Part shown: piece by piece, positions 11,646 through 21,075 of the stretch
Numbering within the stretch: the first letter of the stretch is position 1
Layout: each line of letters opens with the position of its first letter
Assembly (NCBI GenBank): GCA_002256025.1
Contig: NKIB01000377.1
Span: 1 to 33,204, forward strand
DNA: 33,204 nt
Origin: Asterionella formosa
Taxonomy: Eukaryota
Direction of reading: 5' to 3'
The notes under the pieces: generated by a model
The model's input: the letters and a program-made list of their open reading frames with translations, nothing else
Database searches by the model: none
Told to the model about the DNA's origin: nothing
Program-made: the position numbers and the translations under genes

Positions 11646-12039
11646 TTATCAATTATATCAAAATAACGTACCGGTTTGTACTTACTACCGGTAGTACTAA
11701 ATAATGGTTTGTCTGCTCCCGGCATCATTTCCGTTGGGGATGGTCGTAGACCATACATATATAGTAAGCAAAGGACTCACTGTCTCGTTTGGTTTTTAAC
11801 TTAAAATATGTTTAGTGGCCTGCTTATTACCGGTTTTCATTATTCCGGTCCCATTGCAATCCTTCCCAGAAAAGGTCGATCTTTCTCTGTTACCAGTCTA
11901 TCAATACCTCATTTGCACTGATTGGTGGATTGTTTCCTTGATCGCAACGAAGAAAGACCTAAAATAACAAAGGGACTGCAGCATTGTTACAGACCTCGTT
12001 GGTAGTAGGCAGGACGAGTCTTATTCCTCGCTGGCATTC

Positions 12040-13521
12040 ATGGACTCGCCTACGAGGATGTCTAACATGAAGGTCATCCTGGAAGACCCAGCTTACAATT
12101 GGAAACTGGCTGCCAGTGCAACAGCCGGCAAAGCAGCTGCTCGAGCAGTGGACGACTTTGACAAGAACTCGCCGTTAGTCCCAGACACAAACATTGCAAC
12201 GCTCAGATGGTCAGATTTGCAAGTGGGTGAACTTCTGGGCACGGGAGCATTTAGTCAGGTATATGAAGTGCAAGTACGCAGGAATCAACACAAGCTGGCG
12301 ACGATCGCCACGACTGACGAAGCATCAGTTTCGAAGCATGGATCCCCCCATTGTGGTCGCTACGACAACTACGATGGTACTCCAGCTCGACCTCGTCGGT
12401 GCTGGGATAGTTTTATGAATCTACGCCAGCCTGTGGATCATGAAGTATTTTGGGATGGACATGGCTCTACGTATTCAGATCGATTGTTGCATGATTCGCG
12501 TCACCATGAGGGACACACTGCTTCGTGTGTATGGGATATGGAGTCTATTGCGGATGTGGCCCTTATGGAAGATATGGTCGAAGTTAACTCTAGCTTCGAA
12601 TCTGCACCTTTCTTTGAGTCACCCCCTTCTTTCGTAATAAAACACTTGGACATCTCCAAAATCCAAAATCAAAGTGCCTATATCGCGAATGCGATCGACA
12701 TTGTGATGGAGGCTCGATTGTTGAGTTGCCTTCAACATGAAAACATTATCAAACTATTTGCCTTAATGGAAGGACCTATCGAAAGTGCTTTTTCTTCTCA
12801 TTCTCGAGGGTACTTTCTTATTTTGAGTAGATTGCATGGTACTTTGGAAGATCGCATCAATGAATGGTCAAGCAACAGAATGGTGATGACTGATCGACTA
12901 CCAATCGCGTTGGGGATTGCGAAGGGCATGCGCTTTTTGCATCAACACTCGATTGTCTACCGAGATTTAAAGCCACAAAATCTGGGCTTGTCACTAGATG
13001 GAACAGTTAAAATTTATGATTTTGGTCTGTCTACGGAACTCCCAAGACCGGGACAGAAACCTCTGACGACCAGAACAGGTTCCCAACGATATATGGCACC
13101 TGAAGTGGTCCTTAAAAGGGCATATGGATTGGAGGTGGATGTATTTTCTTTCGCTATTGTCGTTTGGGAAATGTTTTCTTTGAACAAGCCATTTCATGGG
13201 ATGAAATCATCGGAACATGCCTTGAGGGTTGCCAAGGGGCATGAACGACCCGATCTCATGTTGGTGCCTTCCAGCCAGATACAGCAAATCCTTTCAATCG
13301 CATGGGAGGCAATACCTTCGAATCGACCTACTTTTGAACAGATCGTTGAAATGCTCGAACCGACACATGAGTCCCCCTTACATGAGGCTTCCCCAAAATC
13401 ATCATCTATCCCGAACATCGTGATGAGGTTTGTGAAAAATGGAATGCAAAGAGGAAAGGTGTCCTCCAAAATAGACAAATCATTGAAAAAGCCTAAATGC
13501 AAGGGGGACAATCAGAGATAG
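12040..13521 (+). CDS. Protein kinase, TKL-like (diatom-type YRDLKPxN[IL]G family), 493 aa, single exon
   Basis: Motifs LGTGAFSQVYEV, FVIKHL, EARLLSCLQHENIIKL, IVYRDLKPQNLG, IYDFGL, TGSQRYMAPEV, DVFSFAIVVWE and RPTF. A long insert separates subdomains I and II. Confidence 0.93.
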   Translation: MDSPTRMSNMKVILEDPAYNWKLAASATAGKAAARAVDDFDKNSPLVPDTNIATLRWSDLQVGELLGTGAFSQVYEVQVRRNQHKLATIATTDEASVSKHGSPHCGRYDNYDGTPARPRRCWDSFMNLRQPVDHEVFWDGHGSTYSDRLLHDSRHHEGHTASCVWDMESIADVALMEDMVEVNSSFESAPFFESPPSFVIKHLDISKIQNQSAYIANAIDIVMEARLLSCLQHENIIKLFALMEGPIESAFSSHSRGYFLILSRLHGTLEDRINEWSSNRMVMTDRLPIALGIAKGMRFLHQHSIVYRDLKPQNLGLSLDGTVKIYDFGLSTELPRPGQKPLTTRTGSQRYMAPEVVLKRAYGLEVDVFSFAIVVWEMFSLNKPFHGMKSSEHALRVAKGHERPDLMLVPSSQIQQILSIAWEAIPSNRPTFEQIVEMLEPTHESPLHEASPKSSSIPNIVMRFVKNGMQRGKVSSKIDKSLKKPKCKGDNQR

Positions 13522-13675
13522 CTCAATTCTGAAATCGTACTTGGCTAGCGATGAGATAATTGATTTAATATGTACCTTCCTTATTCCTTTTTATTTTTAC
13601 ACTCAGAATGCGCACATCATAGCTGATTTTCTCGTTCTCAAAACAACTACAGAGTACATAAAAAGTGGCGAAAAC

Positions 13676-15194
13676 TCATTTCGTCAGTGATGGTGCCCGA
13701 GAAACGCTAAACATACGCCGAACTTTGTCCTTTGTACTTGTCATGAGAACTGGATTATACGTCTCGTTCAAGGTATCGCCCACTAACTTCTTGTCGGCAT
13801 ATAGGTCCTCTAGGGTGAGGCTTGACAGGGCTTCTTTACAGGCAATTTCGAGACGGGCTTCGTATTCTTCGCAGCTGTGGTGCTTCTTGACAGTTGCAAA
13901 ATCTTGTTTAATCAAACAATAAAAGGCATTCATCAATGATTTTCCAGCGTCCAAGGAATCACGAACTTCTTTACCGTATTCTTCATCAGTGGTCCCGTGA
14001 TCTTTAGGAAAAGAGAGAGAATAGGACGGAGGCAGAGAGTCGTCCTTGTTATCAGAGAGCTGTAGTCGCATCCCGACATGCTTGTACAAATTCCCTGCTC
14101 CTTTTGAAAATGCAACAATAGGAGAAAGGGCTCCGACTTTCAGTGAAGCAAACGGAAGAAGAGTCACCATATCCTCTGCATTGGCGATACGAAGGTGCCG
14201 GAGTCGTTTCTTTCGTTCAAGATCCTGAAAGGCCAATCTGAATTTAATGTTTCCAACATAAGGACTTGCCACACTTACGATAGTTACTGGACCATTTCTA
14301 GCGATTGTATCATCAGAAGCAGCGTAAAATCCAAAGAGTGTGCATAAGGCACCTCCGAGCGAATGACCAGCACAGTAGATATGAAAGCCAGGATATTGAC
14401 GAATTAACTTTCTCAGGTCCTCTCGAATAGTCTCAATTCTTGGTTTTCTCGTGGTCTTGTTGACCTTGAAAAGGTACTCTGTGTCGATGAGAAATGATTG
14501 GATAAGCAACCTGACAAAAACAATGCAGCTGTTCTCTTGTTTACACTTACCGTAAAATCCTGAATGGACATTTATAGTTGTTGTTACCGGTGGAGACGAT
14601 ATATGAGCTGCTGGATTGTCCACCTTCTTTTGAGCGCATTTGGCATCTTGGATGAAGTCTTGCTGGGTTACACTTCCCCTAAAGATGAGAGTTATTCGCT
14701 TTCTAGCTTCATTCACGACAACCGCGTGTACAAGTTCTTTGTCAGCTGTAAGGACTTGGGTTAGATTTCAGTCGTACATTCTAAGAACTCATCCCTCCAT
14801 ACGACGTACCATTGTCATCGACAAAATGAGTCAAGCGAACTTTAGGCGCGCCAAGAACCATAGCAGCAAAGAGGCCACCAAGACTACTTGTTCTACTCTG
14901 GTGAAATGCTTGTTTAAGGGCCAATAGTCGATTCGCCACTTCCTCGTGGTCAATGGCGCGTTCGGCAAGGGCATCCTTGTTATTCTGAATGGCAGCAATC
15001 ATCTTATCACTTGTCATTGGGGGTTCGAGGTCCGAAAGTTGGGTATTCTTCAACTTTCCTTCTCGAGCCATCTCGCGGACATCGGCAAAAATGTAAATGA
15101 TCAAGGATCCAGTCAACATTTCTGTGGCATCCTCGTATACCGAGACAGAGGAGCCCGTCGGCTTTGTACCAATCGATCCAAAGCGAAGGTTCAT
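13676..15194 (-). CDS. Class-3 (fungal-type) triacylglycerol lipase, ~460 aa; exons 15194-14810, 14745-14551, 14478-13676
   Basis: Motifs IFRGS, VHSGFYEYLF (after splicing), nucleophile elbow GHSLGG, ASPYVGN, NAEDMVTLLP and YKHVG. Introns are 14809-14746 (GTACGT...CTAAC...ACAG, 64 nt) and 14550-14479 (GTAAGT...ACAG, 72 nt). Confidence 0.9.
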
Positions 15195-16164
15195 GATGCT
15201 GCTTTGTGATGTTTACGGGCCAAGTCTTTGGCTTTCGTCACAAAGCGCTTGATTTTTGCAAATGTTTCAACGGAAGGAATAGCGATTTGATGCCTGGTAA
15301 CTAACTATATTTGGCTTTTGCATTGCGCTTCAAGATTTGTCTACTCGGGTACATATCATAAATACCAAACGAGACACAAGAACTATCACCCGTATGTATA
15401 TGCCACGACTAAAATAGAAGCGATACCCGCATATATAATTTCTGTCATCATTCAAGAATACATTTATTGTTAATATCTTAATATCTATGCCTGAATATAT
15501 ATCATAGGAACCACTGAAGAGAAAGAATCGATTTGCGCGATGTTATCTACCGGTAGTACCGTTTGATTATTGGCTGCATCAGCGTTATGTACGTGCTTAC
15601 CGGTAGAGTTAACTCCGACCGCCTGCTGTCAATTATAGTATGTATCGGTAGGAAGGAAGATCCCCCAAGTTGCTTGTAACATACCCTAAAGGAATAACCC
15701 ACTTTTTCTTGCACATCGCTCTGGCATGACCATGCAAGATGGCAAGGAGCATGGGAGCTGACCCCAACAATTGCATCGCCAAAATAAAAAGCCATTCCTT
15801 ACAACTATTGCAACAATAAATTGTTTACTGGGATATGAATGTAATTACCTGTGTAAACAGCAAATTCGCAAACAATTTCTCACGAAACCACTTCCTAGTA
15901 CCATATTGGCCTGACAATATCTTTAGGACAAAAGCACTTCATGCCTGAGATAAATACTCATTTCAGGTAGGTCAAGCCTTAATAGAATGTAGCAAAAGTG
16001 TCATTGCTGATGCTTGAGATGCAAACTTAGCAAGGGTGACTCTCGAGTTCACAAAATGCTTGCAACAACAGCTCTGTGAAATGACGCCCATGGTGATCAA
16101 CTATTGTGACAATCAACTATTCTAAGACAGCATAACTTGGTGGTAAAAATAAAATTAGACACAT

Positions 16165-17938
16165 CTATTTTTCGTACACGTAGCCATTTTTCCTACTTTC
16201 ATCAATGCAAGCATCCGCTCTTCCTCGCATCTGGTCGCGATGTTGAAATGCTTTGCTCTCAATGAGCCCAGACCGAAAGTCATCAAGAAAAGCCGCTTTA
16301 TCAACCTTGCGAGCCTTTCGAATGTTAGCTGCAGTAAGTTCACGTTGTTTGTTACGAGCTCCCAAGGCTTCGGCAACCACGAGTTCACCACCGACACCCC
16401 ATACTTCGAGTGCATCAATCTCAAAGGATCGTTGCAATGCACCATCCGGAGTCTTCGGTAGCAAGGCTCCTCCATCGAATGTCAAGTCTTGTGCGCTAGC
16501 AATGCAACCGTCAAATGATTCAGCAATGAATAGTCGTGGAAGATCTGTTGAACCACCAAACCCAATACCGTGTGCTTGTGCATCGTACCCTCGGCTCCGA
16601 GCTTCTGAATTACAGTACATATAGTTGACATCGTTTCCACTGGGACGATAAACTGCTGTCATTGGCAGGAGCTGATAAAGAAAACAGTCTGAATTACCAT
16701 AAAAGTCCTTGGATTCTTTCCAAGGACTGGCTGTGAATGCCCCAAAGATGCCCCCATTCGTGGCCTGAATGACTAACAGAGTCGGTCCCCCATAACCCAG
16801 CAAAGAATTTTGTAAGCGATTGAATGACAATCCATCAGATGAAGATGTATACAAGCGGTGCCACTGAGTGTGCAATATGACTGTTAGAATGGGTAATGAC
16901 TAACCGGTCTACATTGAATAAACATAAACTTACGCTCCCTCCCAAGGCCGAAGACATGCAAGCAAAGCTAAATAGCATCGTCGAAGATGCTGAATGAAAG
17001 AAAGCACTTTCTTCTGGAAGTTTCGGGAAGTCGAAGGCAGTCCGTGATGGTGGATAGGGCGTTTCTGAAAAGAAGATGAAATGTATAAAGGTTGCCATTG
17101 CGGACGGCAACAGTGGCGCGTTTGCTTCCGACCATTCCATAAATTCCATCTTTTGAATAAATCCATTCTCTAACGATTCACTGTTCTCGATTTCCCCGAA
17201 AGGAGACTCTCGAACGCGCTTGCGTCGGCAATAATCAATCACCGATTGGCGAAGGGCTTTCATTGCGGGAGCGTCGGATATGTCATCTGGAGGTATAAAC
17301 TGTCCCATGTCACCTTCGTCGCGTTTAGCGGCTTGAAAAAAGGCAGCAGCTAAGGCTAGGCGATAGGTGATATTAAGAAGGTCCTTGACATCAGCTACAT
17401 CCTCCATCTGGGTGAAACATCCTGGAGGCGGAGCCGGTGAAGGTCTTTGAGCAAAACATGCAAAGAGGACTGCCATAGCCTCCCGACCCCCGTGTCGACC
17501 ACAATTGGATAGGCCATTGAAAAACTTCTCTAATTTCATCATTTGAGTAGTCTTGTCTAGGTCGTCAGCCGGAAGGGCGGATATTTCTTCATAGTCAATA
17601 ATGTCTTCAGAACTGACAAATGCAACCTTTTCCAATCTGTTTCCGAATCCAATTGGCAAAATCTTAGTTTCCACGACTTTTATCAGCATCAATCTCTCCT
17701 CCTTTATATCTTGCAGTATCTTTTCACTTTCATCACGAGCTGCTTGTTCTTTAGGCAGCGACGTGCAATGAACAGCCCAATCTGATAGAAACGATACCCT
17801 TTCGGAACTCCCTCGAATTTGTTGAAAACATTTGTAGATTCGCCACAATTCGTCGTCGCCGAATGGATAGCGATCCCCGAGGTGTTTGATATCTTCCTGT
17901 GCTGGTGTTAGCTCTGGTTTAGACGACGATGAGCCCAT
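16165..17938 (-). CDS. TLDc-domain protein with N-myristoylation motif (MEAK7/Rtc5-like), ~567 aa; exons 17938-16934 and 16863-16165
   Basis: N-terminus MGSSSSK. TLDc motifs WHRLYTSSSDGLSFNRL, GYGGPTLLVI, GIFGAFT, FYGNSDCFLYQL, GIGFGG and LEVWGVGG. Intron 16933-16864 (GTAAGT...CTAAC...TCAG, 70 nt) joins the two ORFs in frame. Confidence 0.9.
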
Positions 17939-18566
17939 GGTGGATTCTGTCCTTATATATACATACAGTGAGGCACTGTTTTGGTCTTTAGATTGTCGTC
18001 GTGTCGGAGTTATCTTGTTGTGGTGGGGATTATGTATACCAGTAGACTACGTAGACTACCGTTATATGTGCCGGGACATAATAGGTATATTTAATGAATT
18101 TGAAACAACAGCAGCAAGCAGGGGGAGGGACACAAGCGGCACACCAAACGAATCACAGGACATGCATTTCGAGCCAAAACAAGGAGCAAGGAATCCTAGA
18201 ATGCAGTAAAATGGCTGAGAAATAAGAAATTAGAAGTTATCATCAAGCAAACCCCACGACAACGACAGCAATTTTCAAAGTTTGCTGGATGCAATTCCCT
18301 CAGCCGACTCCCAAGCAGATATAAAAAATAGTAAAAAGGAGCAGTAGCAGGACCAGGGTACCAGGTACCTGGTACGGGACAAAACCACACTATGTTCACA
18401 AATTTTCGAAAAGTTCCGCGCGAGCTAAAAGGTCGAGGTCTGACGTTAGAGCGTGTTGGCTGCCGCGCGCTTTGAAGCAACCCTACCGGTATCACTTCCC
18501 ATCACCGCGCGTTTTCTCCCCACCTTTTCACTCTGAGAAGATTTGTACTGTTTATTCAACCTCAAA

Positions 18567-19195
18567 ATGATGAAGTCTGTTACCATTCTCGCCGCCATCG
18601 TCGCTTCTGCTTCGGCTTTCGCTCCCGTCTCCAGGTGTGTGTCTCATGTTCTGTTATGAAACTCGAAAGATTTCCAGAAAATGTTCGAGGAGGAGGTGGG
18701 CTTCCATTGCGGTTTTTCACGTGCGTCGGTCAATATCCTACTCATGCATCGTAGTGGAATCTGGCAGAAGAGACCCGGAAACGCATACGTCTCTTGATCC
18801 TGCTGCCGGAGCATACCGTATGGTACATGTTATTCGGTTAATTTTCAGCGCATATTGGTTTGTCAGGCTTGTTTGCTAACTCTGTTATTCGTCCCTCCTA
18901 CACCTTTCGCCCTTTCCTTGTTGCAATGTCCTCTATGCTATCTTGTGCATGGTCTATTCACTGTTGCTAAATTTGACTCATCAAATGTCCATAATGTCCG
19001 TTGTTGAATTTAAGACCTTTCGGGGTTTCCGTTGCGCGTTCTGCAGAGGCTCCTGTGTGGACTGAGCCAACTGGCTGGAAGGAGAGCGATTTCGAGAGCG
19101 AAATCAAGAAGCTTGAAGCCGATGCTGAACAACGCCTTGATGCCAAGATCACCGAACTTATGGGCAACATTGAAAAGACTGGAAAGTCGAACTAA
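18567..19195 (+). CDS. Small plastid-targeted protein of unknown function, 82 aa; exons 18567-18634 and 19015-19195
   Basis: MMKSVTILAAIVASASA-FAPVSRPFGVSVARS is a canonical diatom signal peptide, ASAFAP motif and transit peptide. Intron 18635-19014 (GTGTGT...TAAG, 380 nt) splices in frame to a charged helical mature part, VWTEPTGWKESDFESEIKKLEADAEQRLDAKITELMGNIEK. Confidence 0.85.
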
Positions 19196-19499
19196 ATTTG
19201 ACCTCCCTTGGGAATGCTACGATGTTGTCAACGAGAGTGAACACCAATCTATAGTATTAGTTTGAGTTTGCAACATTCGCTACTCCTTTTTGAGAATAAT
19301 AAGTTAGAATTAGGAGACGTGCCCAATAGCCTACCCGCAACTACGATCAAATGGCTGAGGCTAAATCAACAAGTAGACCAAACCAGATAGATGCATCAGC
19401 ACACACGACTTGTTACAGGGCCCCCCTAACATCGTTTATTATTGACTCTCTAGATTTGAGCATTAAGATGGGAGGGCTTGGAAACTCTTCATCATGTGG

Positions 19500-20760
19500 A
19501 AGAAATGCTCGTAATGTATGCAGCTATTTATGAAGAACAAACCAAAACAATATTTCAGATTCTTGTACTCTTACATCACACTCATTGTCCAACAACAACA
19601 ACAACTCCTCCTTTTGGATAAGGGTGAAAACAAACCTATGTATGACACTTAGTTCTCAAATGCTTGTCGCAGGGATGTCTATTTATGTATATATCTTGCA
19701 GTATCCATTTTAGTTTGAGAACTTCCCATTGTTGATTTGGAAATGTTTTGCATTCAGTAATTTTGGCAATGAACTGGGTACCAGCTAGCTAGCTCTAATG
19801 TTATTCATCAAAATATTCACAATGAGTGTTAAGTAAGAAAAACTCTTGGATGTAGCCTGTCTAGTGCTAAGCAAATACACTTGTTAGTATAGTAACTACT
19901 AACCTTTTGTTTATCATCTTTATTGCACATTGTTACTGGCCTTTTACTAAATTCATTGTCATTGGTGCACTCCATGGCCCATGTAAGGTTGGGTGATGGA
20001 TATTAATGGCCACTCCCTCATGTGAGAGTCATTGAATAAAAAATTGCAGTATCTAATAGCTTGTGCCATCATGCTTATGGAGGCCCAAATACCTTAAAGC
20101 AATTCTGCCCACTCCAGCTATCATCTTGCCACTCGGGCACTTCTTAGTAATTTTTAAGCTCAAAGTAATTTGGCAAAATGGAGCACATCGAAATTTTCGG
20201 GGTTAAAATTGCCAATTTTAGCATGACAACCAGAATAACAGTAATTTACATAGTAGAAATGATAAAACAAGCATCAAATGCACAACAATGATTGTAACAT
20301 ACAATGTCAATGAAAATTGAATGTGATGTTTTGAGCAACCAAAGTAGTATAATATGCAATGTAATGAGCAGTGTCAAATGAGAATTTAAAAAGTTTGGAT
20401 TAGAAATGAAGTAAAAATATGAGAATCACTGGAGACATATGCATTATAATACTTACATGGCAGGCAACATTGACTTTATTCCATCACACAATAACCCAAA
20501 TGAGATCAGTTTCTTTATGTAGTGTTGATAATCTGGTTGCTGCACCCATGGTGCACATAGCTGTAGCCTGACACAGTGAGCAGTTCTTCCACCCACAGTT
20601 GTTCCTCCCACCAAACAGCCCTGATCATTTCATTCTATTCCATTCTGTGCAAGTCTGATTGCCAGGCTGCTGCTCCAGCACTATTGACTCCCTCTATTCT
20701 TGCTGTGATTCTCAGGAAAATGTGGTCTTAATGGTCTAATAGATGTCATATGGAATATGG
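19500..20760. other. CpG-depleted AT-rich tract, probably an old transposon relic
   Basis: No ORF of 60 aa or more starts here. Only a handful of CG dinucleotides are visible by eye, against abundant TG/CA. Confidence 0.4.
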
Positions 20761-21075
20761 GTGATTTGAAAATTTCATTTCTCAAAGTAGGTAATACATA
20801 CATACCGGAAATTTCGATCTGGCGCTGCGAAGAAGGTCATCACCCTACTATTACCTACCAGTAGTGGCATCCCAGCCGAGTTCACAAGTAAGAACAAACT
20901 CGCAGGCATGAGACCACCTTGGGCGTGTATTGCCTTCAGCACTACTTCATGAATTGTGTTCAGTGAAAGTTGTGGCCTTGGCCTACACAGGTAATAATAA
21001 GGGAGAATGAAAATTTCAATTCTTCAGTAGGTAGCACTATATGCAATAGCAACTACTGGTAGAAAACTTACCATT

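Noticed and set aside
18635..19014. TPP riboswitch or canonical H/ACA snoRNA in the long intron
   Set aside because: There is no CUGAGA/AUACC/GAACCUG arrangement and no ANANNA hinge between the hairpins. Kept only as an unspecified structure.
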